From contig CAMFVQ010000027.1 of assembly GCA_945992255.1 (NCBI GenBank), forward strand, positions 24,026 through 88,025: a stretch of DNA of 64,000 nt, written 5' to 3'. The position numbers and the translations under genes are program-made. The stretch is from an uncultured Clostridia bacterium. Lineage in GTDB: Bacteria; Bacillota; Clostridia; Christensenellales; UBA3700. Shown in pieces: positions 29,850 through 40,200 of this stretch; the stretch's first letter is position 1, and each line of letters begins with the position of its first letter. Under the pieces are notes generated by a model, which saw only the letters and a program-made list of their open reading frames with translations, searched no databases and had not been told where the DNA came from.

Positions 29850-30456
29850 AGTTTTTCAAACAGGCTATATCTCCACCAATACATACGTTACGTACAACGA
29901 AGAGAGCAGAAAAGCATTTGTCGTTGACCCAGCAGGTGATATGGACAAAATTGTTGGATTTTTGAGAGATGAGAACTTGTCGCTAGAAGCCGTTTTGGCA
30001 ACCCATGGACATTTTGATCATATCGGCGGAGTGGCGGAGTTGCAACAATATGGTGCTAAGGTGTATATGTCAAAGCTAGATGAAGACAAGATTTTGCACC
30101 AAAATATCCCAGGATTTGAAAGTTATGGAATAGATATTAAGCCATTTGTCCCTGATGTTTTGTTGGAGGGTGGAGAAGAGTTGGAGCTTGCAGGTTATCC
30201 AGTCCGAGTTATTGCGACCCCGGGACACAGCATAGGAGGACTTAGTTATCAATGTGGCAATTTGATTTTTGTGGGTGATACAATCTTTTTTCACAGCTAT
30301 GGCAGGGTAGATTTTGATGACAGCAACTTTGAAGATATTTGCATTTCTGTCAAAAAATTGCTTGCGATTGATGGTGACAATATCTTGTTGGTAGGTCACG
30401 GACAGCCAACTTCAAGCAAAGAAGAAAGGGAGAACAATCCGATACTTTATGTCTAA
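29839..30456 (+). CDS. MBL-fold metallo-hydrolase (glyoxalase II-like)
   Basis: HGHFDHIGG metal motif. I preferred the ATG at 29839 (MKIKVFQTGY) over the ORF-track start. Confidence 0.85.
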   Translation: MKIKVFQTGYISTNTYVTYNEESRKAFVVDPAGDMDKIVGFLRDENLSLEAVLATHGHFDHIGGVAELQQYGAKVYMSKLDEDKILHQNIPGFESYGIDIKPFVPDVLLEGGEELELAGYPVRVIATPGHSIGGLSYQCGNLIFVGDTIFFHSYGRVDFDDSNFEDICISVKKLLAIDGDNILLVGHGQPTSSKEERENNPILYV

Positions 30457-31891
30457 TATATCAATTACATTTTCGACAAACAAAGAAGAATTTTTGAATG
30501 ACTATATGGATATTGTGCGTGCATTTTATCCATATATTTGTGTGCAAGATGGCGGTGGAGAGATACATTTGCAACTCGATGAGATAGCAGAGAATGAGTA
30601 CAGTTGTATAATCAATGATTTTAAAAACCGCTATAATACTTCTCAAATAACCATTAAAATAGAACAAAACCTTGATTTTATCAAAAATAGAGCTTTGCTC
30701 AAAAGATATTCTAAGGTGGCATTGTATGACTATTTTAGCCATATCACCGGTGTAGAACTTCCTTACGGCTCGTTGACAGGAATAAGACCTACAAAGCTTT
30801 TTCATGACACATTGAGAAAGGGTGAAAATGCAAAAGAATATTTCGAGAATGATCTGAGAGTAAGCAATGAAAAAACCAAACTTATTGAGCTTATTTGTCA
30901 CAACCAACAAAGCGTCTACAAGACCAATCTTGACCAAGTGGATTTGTTTGTCAACATTCCGATTTGTGTAAGTCGTTGCAGTTATTGTTCTTTCTTGTCT
31001 GCAGAGCTTGGCAAAATCAAAAAGTCGGTGCAACCATATTGTGATTTGCTTTGCAAAGATATTGTGAGAGCAAAAGAACTCATTGCAAAAATGAACAAAA
31101 AAGTGCGTTGCATTTATGTAGGTGGGGGAACGCCAACTTCATTCAATGCTGAGCAACTCGACAGTGTTTTATCGCTACTTGGCGATATTGAGTGCCAAGA
31201 GTTTACGGTCGAGGCAGGTAGACCTGATACAATCGATGAACAAAAACTCGATATTATGGCAAAAAACAATGTGGGCAGAATATCTATCAATCCCCAAACT
31301 TTTAACCAAGCGACACTTGATGCGATAGGCAGAAAACACAGAGTAGAGGATATTTTCCGTATCTATGATGTGGCTCGCAAATATGATTTTGATATCAATA
31401 TGGACCTCATTGCGATGCTTCCAGATGAGAGTTTCGAGGACTTTAGAAGGTCAGTCGATACGGCAATCAGCCTAAATCCTGACAATATCACGGTGCATAC
31501 TTTGGCAATGAAACGTGGCTCCAATCTAAAACTTGAAGGCTATGACAACAAGCAAATAGAGAATTTGCCTGAGCAAATGGTTGATTATTCTTTCAAAGCG
31601 TTGATGAGTAGCGGTTATGAGCCATACTATATGTACAAGCAAAAATACATGAGTGGCAATCTCGAAAATATAGGATATTGTAAGCCAAATAAAGAGTGTG
31701 TGTACAATATTGATATTATGGAAGAGACTCATTCTATCATTGCTTGCGGTGCAGGTGGAATATCAAAGAGATTGTTCCAAAATGAAGATAGGTTGGAGCG
31801 ACTTGCCAATCCAAAAGGCATTGATGTTTACCTTGCAAGAGATGATGAAAACTTCGACAAAAGAGATGAGTTTTTATTAAAGAATATTTGA
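30449..31891 (+). CDS. HemZ-like oxygen-independent coproporphyrinogen-III-oxidase-family radical SAM protein
   Basis: 480 aa. CX3CX2C motif (CVSRCSYC) and HemN/HemZ-like layout. Confidence 0.8.
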   Translation: MSNISITFSTNKEEFLNDYMDIVRAFYPYICVQDGGGEIHLQLDEIAENEYSCIINDFKNRYNTSQITIKIEQNLDFIKNRALLKRYSKVALYDYFSHITGVELPYGSLTGIRPTKLFHDTLRKGENAKEYFENDLRVSNEKTKLIELICHNQQSVYKTNLDQVDLFVNIPICVSRCSYCSFLSAELGKIKKSVQPYCDLLCKDIVRAKELIAKMNKKVRCIYVGGGTPTSFNAEQLDSVLSLLGDIECQEFTVEAGRPDTIDEQKLDIMAKNNVGRISINPQTFNQATLDAIGRKHRVEDIFRIYDVARKYDFDINMDLIAMLPDESFEDFRRSVDTAISLNPDNITVHTLAMKRGSNLKLEGYDNKQIENLPEQMVDYSFKALMSSGYEPYYMYKQKYMSGNLENIGYCKPNKECVYNIDIMEETHSIIACGAGGISKRLFQNEDRLERLANPKGIDVYLARDDENFDKRDEFLLKNI

Positions 31892-31957
31892 CAATTTGCA
31901 CAAGCAAAATCGTAAAGAGCAATGATTAGTTGGAGTAGTCTACGCCCTCAATAGCAT

Positions 31958-32220
31958 AGCTCAAAGATTGTTGGGCAAATAGCTAAACTTGGAAAAATTT
32001 GTTATCAAACTTAGTTCATACATAGCTGGCTCAAATTGAGTTCATTGGCAAAATTTTGCCTACAAATAAGCCGACTCAAATGAAGTTTCTTCATAAACTT
32101 TCTCCATAAATGAGCTTAGCCAAATATAGTTTGTTCATAAACTATTTATGTTTAGTAAACTTTGTGCATAAAAGCTAAGCTAACAGTATGCTAATAGATA
32201 GTATAACTAAATAGTAGTTA
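31958..32220. repeat. degenerate tandem repeat array (about 4-6 units, best-defined period 44-45 bp)
   Basis: Units start with AGC at 31981, 32024, 32069, 32113 and 32173. CTCAAAT/CCAAAT recurs at 32030, 32075 and 32119. AGTTT[C/G]TTCATAAACT occurs at 32084 and 32128. An 11-bp palindrome CTCAAaTTGAG lies at 32030-32040. Confidence 0.7.
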
Positions 32221-32367
32221 GTTTATATTTATTTTGGATTTTGCCGTTATTTTGCTTGCATTGACTCCAAAATTGTGATAACATACTCGTGTACCTATGG
32301 CTAGGTTTGTCAAATCTCCAATGTCATACTTGGTTGTAGGCAAATATATTTCCGAGGAGAATAAAAA

Positions 32368-32634
32368 ATGGAAAAGAATCTTACAAAGCAACAAATCATC
32401 GAGCAATATGCTCAACACGAAGGTGACACAGGTTCACCAGAAGTTCAAATCGCACTTTTGACAGCAAGAATTGAACACCTTAACGAACACTTTGCCAACA
32501 ACGCAAAGGACTTCCACTCTAGACGTGGACTTTTGATGATGGTAGGTAAGAGAAGAAACTTGCTCAAATACCTCAAAGAAACAGACATCGAACGTTATCG
32601 TGCAATCGTTGCAAAACTCGGTTTGCGTAAGTAA
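32368..32634 (+). CDS. rpsO: 30S ribosomal protein S15
   Basis: 88 aa with typical S15 sequence ([24 protein letters not shown]). Confidence 0.97.
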   Translation: MEKNLTKQQIIEQYAQHEGDTGSPEVQIALLTARIEHLNEHFANNAKDFHSRRGLLMMVGKRRNLLKYLKETDIERYRAIVAKLGLRK

Positions 32635-32641
32635 TAAAATC

Positions 32642-32670
32642 AAGAGCGTATTTGCTACGCTCTTATTTTA
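32642..32670 (+). terminator. hairpin/terminator between rpsO and pnp
   Basis: AAGAGCGTA-tttgc-TACGCTCTT followed by ATTTTAT. Confidence 0.8.
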
Positions 32671-32729
32671 TGAAAATCAACTTGTTAACAAAAAAATGAG
32701 ATAAAGAAAAAGCTAAATTGGAGGTTAGT

Positions 32730-34814
32730 ATGAAAGAAAGAAAGATTTTTACTACAACCATTGGCGGAAGAGAAGTATCCGTTGAGACTGGTGCATATTG
32801 CGGTCAAGCTAACGGCTCTTGCATTGTTCGTTGTGGTGAAACAGCTGTAATGGTAAATGCTACCATGGCAAAAGCTCCAAGAGATGGAATTGATTTCTTC
32901 CCACTTGGATGCGACTTTGAAGAAAAAATGTATTCGGTAGGTAAAATACCGGGGGGATTCAAAAAGAGAGAAGGAAGACCAAGCGATAAGGCTATCTTGA
33001 CATCAAGACTTATCGACAGACCACTCAGACCTTTGTTCCCAAAGGGATTTTACAATGATGTTTGTGTGACTGCAACTTGCTTGTCAGTTGATCCAAACTT
33101 CCCACCTGAAGTATATGCTATGCTCGGTAGCTCTATCGCTTTGAGCATTTCTGATATTCCTTGGGCAGGTCCTACAGGTTCTGTAGTAGTTGGTTATGTT
33201 GATGGCAAATACGTTATCAACCCAGACACAGCAGACAGAGATAAAAGCACATTGCAACTCAACCTTAGCGGTACAAAAGAGGCTATCTTGATGGTTGAGG
33301 CTGGTGCAAACGAGCTTACTGAAGAAGAAATGATCGGTGCTATTTTGTTCGGTCACGAAGAGATTAAGAAGATTGTTGCTTGGATTGAAGATATCCAAAA
33401 ACAAATCGGCAAAGAGAAATTCGCTGCCAATCTTTATGCTCCACAAGCTGACATTGCTGAGGCTGTTAAGGCTTATGCTGATGAAAAAATGGACAAAGTT
33501 CTCGAGAACTTTGACCGCCAAGACAGAGAAAAGGCAGAAGAAGAGCTTGATGAAGATGTATATTCTCATTTTGAAGAGCAATTCCCAGACGGAAAGAGAG
33601 ATATCTTCGAGACAATGTACGCTATGAAGAAAGCCAAAGTTAGAGCAAAAATCCTCAACGATGGCGTAAGACCTGACGGACGTGCTTTGACAGAAATCAG
33701 ACCTATTTGGTGTGAAGTTGGCGTTTTGCCAAGAGTACACGGAACAGGTGTGTTCACTCGTGGACAAACTCAAGTTTTGACAACATGTACACTCGGCACA
33801 ATCGCTGAAGTACAAAAGCTAGAAGGTTTGGATGATGAAGTTTGCAAGAGATATATCCATCACTACAACTTCCCACCATACAGTGTAGGCGAAGCTAAGC
33901 CAGCTAAGAGTCCAGGTAGACGTGAAATCGGTCACGGTGCTTTGGCAGAGAGAGCGCTCGAGCCAATGCTCCCAAGTGAAGATGTATTTCCTTATGCTAT
34001 CCGTACAGTAAGTGAAGTTTTGAGTTCTAACGGATCTACTTCACAAGCTAGTGTATGCGGCAGCACACTTGCACTTATGGATGCTGGTGTACCTATCAAA
34101 AAGCCAGTTGCTGGTGTAGCTATGGGTCTTATCAGCAATGAAGACAAGTCTAAGGTTGCAGTTTTGACCGATATTCAAGGTCTAGAAGACTTCCTTGGCG
34201 ATATGGACTTCAAGGTAGCTGGTACTGTTGATGGTATCACTGCTATCCAAATGGATATTAAGATAAAAGGTATCAACGAAGAAATTTTGCGTAAGGCTCT
34301 TGCTCAAGCTAGATTAGGTAGACTTGAGATTTTGGACAAAATGCTTGCAGTTTTGCCTGAGCCACGCAAAAATCTTTCTAAATACGCTCCAAAGATTGTA
34401 TCTTTCTCTATCAACCCTGACAAGATTAAAGATGTAATCGGTAGCGGTGGTAAGGTTATCAACCAAATCATTGATGAGACTGGCGTAAAGATTGATATCA
34501 ATGACTTTGGCGATGTATTCGTATCGAGCGTAGATGATGAGTCTATCCAAAGAGCAAAATCAATCATTGAGCTTATTGCCAATGACCCAGAAGTAGGCAC
34601 AATCATCGAAGGCACTGTTGTTAGAATTATGAACTTTGGTGCATTCGTTCAAATCGCTCCTGGTAAAGATGCAATGATTCACATTTCTAAACTCAAGAAA
34701 GAGAGAGTAGAAAAGGTTGAGGACGTTGTAGCTATCGGCGATAAGGTAAAAGTTCAAGTAATCGACATCAACGAAAAGGGTGTTGCACTCAAACTTTTGG
34801 AAGTACTCAAATAA
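32730..34814 (+). CDS. pnp: polyribonucleotide nucleotidyltransferase (PNPase)
   Basis: Two RNase PH domains plus KH and S1 domains. ATG at 32730 follows GGAGG. The ORF-track TTG at 32718 lies in the RBS. Confidence 0.97.
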   Translation: MKERKIFTTTIGGREVSVETGAYCGQANGSCIVRCGETAVMVNATMAKAPRDGIDFFPLGCDFEEKMYSVGKIPGGFKKREGRPSDKAILTSRLIDRPLRPLFPKGFYNDVCVTATCLSVDPNFPPEVYAMLGSSIALSISDIPWAGPTGSVVVGYVDGKYVINPDTADRDKSTLQLNLSGTKEAILMVEAGANELTEEEMIGAILFGHEEIKKIVAWIEDIQKQIGKEKFAANLYAPQADIAEAVKAYADEKMDKVLENFDRQDREKAEEELDEDVYSHFEEQFPDGKRDIFETMYAMKKAKVRAKILNDGVRPDGRALTEIRPIWCEVGVLPRVHGTGVFTRGQTQVLTTCTLGTIAEVQKLEGLDDEVCKRYIHHYNFPPYSVGEAKPAKSPGRREIGHGALAERALEPMLPSEDVFPYAIRTVSEVLSSNGSTSQASVCGSTLALMDAGVPIKKPVAGVAMGLISNEDKSKVAVLTDIQGLEDFLGDMDFKVAGTVDGITAIQMDIKIKGINEEILRKALAQARLGRLEILDKMLAVLPEPRKNLSKYAPKIVSFSINPDKIKDVIGSGGKVINQIIDETGVKIDINDFGDVFVSSVDDESIQRAKSIIELIANDPEVGTIIEGTVVRIMNFGAFVQIAPGKDAMIHISKLKKERVEKVEDVVAIGDKVKVQVIDINEKGVALKLLEVLK

Positions 34815-34827
34815 TCAAACAAAATTT

Positions 34828-34853
34828 AGCCCAACTTCGGTTGGGCTTTTTTG
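34828..34853 (+). terminator. intrinsic terminator after pnp
   Basis: AGCCCAAC-ttcg-GTTGGGCT followed by T6. Confidence 0.9.
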
Positions 34854-34971
34854 TTGCCAAAATTATGTTGTTTTGTAGGTTGTTGAAAACTCAATAGTTG
34901 CAAGATATTGCCGAGCAGTCAATCCTGCTCGTTCTGTACATATCACGCCCGACTAAATCATATTATGGAAT

Positions 34972-35706
34972 ATGGGAAAGTTGGACAAGTGGACAATAAA
35001 ACATAGCAGAGTGGTAGTCAACATTGTCATTGTGATGATTTTGGTGGGGCTAGCGCTCATCAGTTTTTCGAGTTACAATTCTATTGTTGTATCAGGTAGT
35101 GACAACACCTCGCCTATCTATCACGTAGACACGGCGGCAGGGAAAGTAAGCATTATGTTCAATGTATATTGGGGGACAGAATATATCCCTGCTATACTGG
35201 ATACTTTGAAACAATATGGTTGTAAGGCGACATTTTTCGTGGGTGGCAGTTGGGCAGATGACAACAACGACTTGCTTACTCGAATGCTTGCCGAGGGACA
35301 GGAAATCGGCAATCACGGATATTTTCACAAAGACCACCGCAAGCTGTCATACGAAGGCAATCTAGCAGAAATCAAGGCAACAAATCAGCTCGTGAGTAGC
35401 ATATGCAACTGTCAAATCAAGCTGTTTGCACCTCCAAGTGGCAGTTTTGGCAACGATACACTCAAAGCCTGCAAAGAACTCGATATGCAAGTGATAATGT
35501 GGTCGAAAGATACCATTGATTGGCGTGATAAAGATGAGAATATTGTCTTTACTCGTGCGACAAAAAATGTCAAGGCAGGTGACTTGATTTTGGCTCATCC
35601 GACTAAGCATACAATGGAAGCTTTGCCAAAGATACTCGAGCAATACAAAAGCTTAGGACTCGAGCAAGTGACTGTCAGCACTTTGTTGGACAAGGACGTC
35701 ATATAA
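34972..35706 (+). CDS. polysaccharide deacetylase family protein (YlxY/PdaB-like, sporulation-associated type)
   Basis: N-terminal TM, then a NodB-like domain (ATFFVGGSW, GNHGYFH). Sits after pnp as ylxY does in B. subtilis. Confidence 0.8.
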   Translation: MGKLDKWTIKHSRVVVNIVIVMILVGLALISFSSYNSIVVSGSDNTSPIYHVDTAAGKVSIMFNVYWGTEYIPAILDTLKQYGCKATFFVGGSWADDNNDLLTRMLAEGQEIGNHGYFHKDHRKLSYEGNLAEIKATNQLVSSICNCQIKLFAPPSGSFGNDTLKACKELDMQVIMWSKDTIDWRDKDENIVFTRATKNVKAGDLILAHPTKHTMEALPKILEQYKSLGLEQVTVSTLLDKDVI

Positions 35707-35808
35707 TTGCAACCAAAACTTTCAAATGCTTGTATAGGTAACAAAACTCAAATTGATATTGGGTGTTTATTTGGTGAGTATAGGGGAATAATAAGCAAAT
35801 ATATAATG

Positions 35809-35837
35809 TTGACAAACGAACATTTATGGATTAAAAT
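35809..35837 (+). promoter_or_regulatory. sigma-A-type promoter abutting the M16 peptidase start
   Basis: TTGACA, 17 nt, TAAAAT. The -10 ends 1 nt before the ATG at 35838 and 6 nt before the ATG at 35844. Confidence 0.5.
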
Positions 35838-37106
35838 ATGCATATGACCGATACAATTTTTACTTTCCCTAGTGGACTTAGACTTGTTTACAAATATATT
35901 CCTACCGTGCGTTCGGTGGGTATTGCCGTGATGACTGCTTGCGGAAGTGGCAACGAAACTTTGGATAACAACGGCATTTCGCACTTTATCGAACATATGA
36001 TGTTCAAGGGTACGACCAATCGCACAGCATTCGAGATTGTCGATTATGTCGATTCTTTGGGCGCTCAAATCAATGCTTTTACATCCAAGCAAACGACTTG
36101 CTACTATACCATCAGCCTTGATGATATAGCTCCAAAATGCGTGGAAGTTTTGGCTGATATATTGTTCAATTCTACCTTTTATGAAGAGGAAATGGAAAAA
36201 GAGCGTGGCGTTGTTTTGGAAGAAGTTGCGATGAGTGAAGATGACAATGCCGATATAGTGTTCGACTATCTAGCAGATGCGTATTTTGGCGACAATCCGC
36301 TCGGTATGACCATTCTTGGCCCAAGAGAGAATATCAAGAAGTTTTCTCGCTCGGATATTTTAGACTATATCAAGACCAATTATGTAGCTCAAAATACGGT
36401 GGTTACTATCGTGGGTAACCTCGAATATGCTCAGGCAAAAAACTTGATAGAAGAGCATTTTGAAGGCAAATTCAAGAGCGATGACACTCGTGTTTGGCAA
36501 GATAAAAAATGCTTGATTAAGCCTGCTTATGTCAGCAAATTCAAGGATATAGAGCAGTCCAACATTGCGATTGCGATGCCAGCTTATGAGTACAATCACC
36601 CAAAGGTAATGGCGATGATGCTCGCTAACAATATTTTGGGCGGTGGTATGAGTAGTAGGCTTTTCCAAGATATCAGAGAAAAGCAAGGGTTGGCATACAA
36701 CGTTTACAGCTATCCATCAACTTATGTCAACAACGGCGTGATGAGTGTATATATCGGAACTAATCTTGCTTCGGTGGAAAAATCTGTGGTAAGTACCAAA
36801 CAACTACTTCAAGATATGTGCAAAAATAGTATAAGTCAAAGCGAATTTTCCAAAGCTGTTCAGCAACTTAAAACTGCGTATGTGTTGGGACAAGAGAGTA
36901 CATCTTCCCAAATGCGTGCATATGCAAAAAATGCAATTTATACAGGCGAATTGTTTGATATTGATAAGCGACTCGATGAAGTCAACCGACTGAGCGTTGA
37001 TGATGTCAATCAAGTCATCAAAGATTGTTTTGATGTGTCCAAAGCTAGCGTTGGATATGTTGGAAAAGAGATAAAAACCAACTTGCTCGACTTGCTGAAA
37101 GACTGA
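35838..37106 (+). CDS. M16-family zinc peptidase (MlpA/YmxG-like)
   Basis: HFIEH (HxxEH) zinc motif. 422 aa. The true start may be the second ATG at 35844 (see findings). Confidence 0.9.
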   Translation: MHMTDTIFTFPSGLRLVYKYIPTVRSVGIAVMTACGSGNETLDNNGISHFIEHMMFKGTTNRTAFEIVDYVDSLGAQINAFTSKQTTCYYTISLDDIAPKCVEVLADILFNSTFYEEEMEKERGVVLEEVAMSEDDNADIVFDYLADAYFGDNPLGMTILGPRENIKKFSRSDILDYIKTNYVAQNTVVTIVGNLEYAQAKNLIEEHFEGKFKSDDTRVWQDKKCLIKPAYVSKFKDIEQSNIAIAMPAYEYNHPKVMAMMLANNILGGGMSSRLFQDIREKQGLAYNVYSYPSTYVNNGVMSVYIGTNLASVEKSVVSTKQLLQDMCKNSISQSEFSKAVQQLKTAYVLGQESTSSQMRAYAKNAIYTGELFDIDKRLDEVNRLSVDDVNQVIKDCFDVSKASVGYVGKEIKTNLLDLLKD

Positions 37107-37194
37107 TTTTGGCAAGTAGAACAGGGTAGAAAACTATCGAGAATATTTATATTAAAAAAATAGTATCTTGTGGGGTGCTATTTTTTATTTTATA

Positions 37195-37223
37195 TTGTAA
37201 AAAATAATATATTATGGTATAAT
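37195..37223 (+). promoter_or_regulatory. sigma-A-type promoter upstream of ftsK
   Basis: TTGTAA, 17 nt, extended -10 TGgTATAAT. The -10 ends 5 nt before the ATG at 37229. Confidence 0.5.
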
Positions 37224-37228
37224 TCATA

Positions 37229-40200
37229 ATGAGTAAAAAGTTTGTTCAGGAGAAAACTGTGAGAAAAAAAGAAAAAACAAGCACATCTCGTTCTAATCAA
37301 ATTTTCAATGGACTTATCATCGTAGGTTTGTTCGGACTTTTGTTTACAATTTTGGTAGGAGTTTTTGGCAAAGCTGGTGGCTATGTCAAAGATTTTTTTG
37401 TGGGAGTATTTGGTTTTTCTATCTATGGCATATGTCTTGCAATGGTGCTTGTCGGCGTGCTTATGCTGTGCGGTTGGTCATCTAAGAATACCAAAATAGG
37501 TAAAAAGCTTTGCTATATCGCTATCGCTGCATTGGTCATTGCTATGTCACATCTTGCTCTCACTCGCAATATCAATACACTCGCATATTCTAAGTATCTT
37601 GCAGAGTGTTTTAAGAGTGCAGGCACTCCTGCTGGTTGGCTAGGAGGCGTTTTGCTTTTTCCACTGGGCAAACTATATGTATTTTCTATGGTAATTATGG
37701 GATTGCTTTTGGCAGGATTTGTTGCACTTGCCATTGTGATGAATATCAATTATGAGATTGTTTTTCCATCTCGTGCAAAAAAAGTCAACTTTTTCGACAA
37801 AAAGCAAAACAAACGAGCTGCTCAGAATGTTCAAGATTTTGAAGAAGAGCCAACAAGAGAAATGTACAACGGCACTGTAAGTGGCAGAAGATTGTCTGAT
37901 AGTTTTTCTAAGGGTCATTCTGGCAAACCGCTCGAATATATACCGCTCGAAAATATGGAGTTGGGCGAAGAGGAAGAACCAACGTATTTCGAGGAAGAGC
38001 AATCTTTGCTTGTCAGTCCAAGAGAAGTCGATGAGCGTGTGGACAACAAAAGACAATCCGCACTTGACTTTTTGTACACCCAAGATGAAGTTTATCCAAG
38101 GCGCAGAGGTGAAGTTGATGTGTCGCACACTATGAGCCAAATCAAAGGAGTGACTCCCAACACTCTCAATATTCCTTCAATGCCAACTGAGAATGTTCAA
38201 GAGCAAGACAATGACACTCAAACACCAAAGACCAACTTTGACATTGATGACAAATTCAAGTCATATTCGACCAATTATCGTTCTAAACAAATGCTAGAAA
38301 ATATGGCAATCGAGAATGGCGAGCCTGTATTTAGCGACCAAGAGCAAAATGACTTTATGAAAGAAATAGAGAATGCTCTCAACAATTCGCTTGGCGGTAT
38401 GAATACAAACATTGAGCCAGAGTCAAAGATTGATGAAAAACCAATCGAGCCTATCGCTCACCCAACTGAGACACCTACCAATCCGACCGAGCAAGATCAA
38501 GCCAAACTTGACAGAGCGGAAAGATTGAGAATTCTCAAAGAAAAACAAGCTTTGCGTAATGCACAAAAGCAAGCCGAGCAAAATGTTGGCAATGTTGGCA
38601 ACGAGGGCAATGAAGTGGTGGAAACACCTTACAATATGTCTTACAAGTCACTAGACCCAAGACAAAACACCACACCGCCAACACCAGGCCAACCTGTTCA
38701 ACCAGTAAGATCAACAACTCCTGTTGTTCCTGTCACTCCGATTGTACCTGCAAAGCCTGTTGAAGCTCCAAAGCCACCACGCAAAATCACTCCATATATT
38801 CCACCAAGCATAGATTGCTTGTCGGATTATGATGAAAATATTGAGGTGGACAACAATTATCTCCAAAGTTTAGCAGACATTTTGAAAGATAAAATGGTAG
38901 ACTATGGTGTAAATATCGAGATTGTGGACATTGTCAAAGGTCCTACATTCTCTCGTATAGAATTCGAGATTGACGGACCTGTCGGCAAAATCACATCAAG
39001 ATATAGTGACATATCAATGTGGCTTGGTGTTGAAAGTATGCGACTAGAAGCGCCAATCCCCGGCAAGAGATATTGCGGTATCGAAATACCTAACAAAACT
39101 CGTGGTACAGTTGGCTTGAAGCCTATCATCAACAGCCCAGAGTTCAATGCTAAGAAAGACGGACTTAGATTTGCTCTCGGTAAAGATATTGATGGCAACT
39201 GCTATGTAAGTGATATTTGCTCATTCCCACACGCCCTTGTTGCAGGTGCTTCAGGTGCTGGTAAGAGTGTATGCCTCAATGCAATGATTTGTAGTTTGCT
39301 TTACAAATATTCGCCAGAAGAGCTAAGACTTATTTTGGTTGACCCAAAAGTCGTAGAACTCAACATTTATCGTGATATTCCTCACTTGCTCATTCCACAA
39401 ATCTTGTCGGAAGAGAAAAAAGTTATCAATGCTTTGAAATGGGCAGTCGATGAAATGGAAAAGAGATATTTGTTGATGACCGAGCTATCTGTTGCCAACT
39501 TAAAACAATACAATGATGAAGTCAGCGAGAGCAAAACTGCCGAAAAACTACCATATATTTTGATAGTTATCGATGAGGTAGGCGATATTATTTTGTCATC
39601 AGTGGGCAAAGAATTCCAACAGCTCATCAAGAAGCTTGCTGCCAAAGCTCGTGCGGCTGGTATTCATATTATTTTGGCAACCCAACGACCATCAGTCGAT
39701 GTCATCACTGGTACAATCAAATCCAACTTGCCAACTCGTATTGCATTCGCCGTTACTAGCGGTGTAGATAGCAAGACAATACTTGACACAGTGGGAGCTG
39801 AGAAACTTTTGCGTTATGGCGATATGCTTTATAAAGAAGCTGCCAAACCTCACGCCGTGCGTGTGCAAGGTGCGTTTATCCACACCAAAGAAGTACGAAA
39901 GATTGTCCAAGAAGTCAAAGATAAGAACACAGCTTACTATGATGAAGAGATTTTGAACGTCATCAACAAAGAAGAGGAAGTACCTGCAAGTGATGGTGAT
40001 GGCGAAAAGAAAGTTAGCACATTCCCAGATGACCTTTGCCCAGAAGCTTTGGACTTTGGACTAGAGAATGGTGAAGTGTCTATATCGGGTATGCAACGCC
40101 GTTTTGGTCTAGGATTCAACAGAGCAGGCAAAATCTTTGATTGGATGAAGTCTATCGGTGCTATCCGTGTCGAGGGAAAGAAAAATCTATTTACTTTGAC

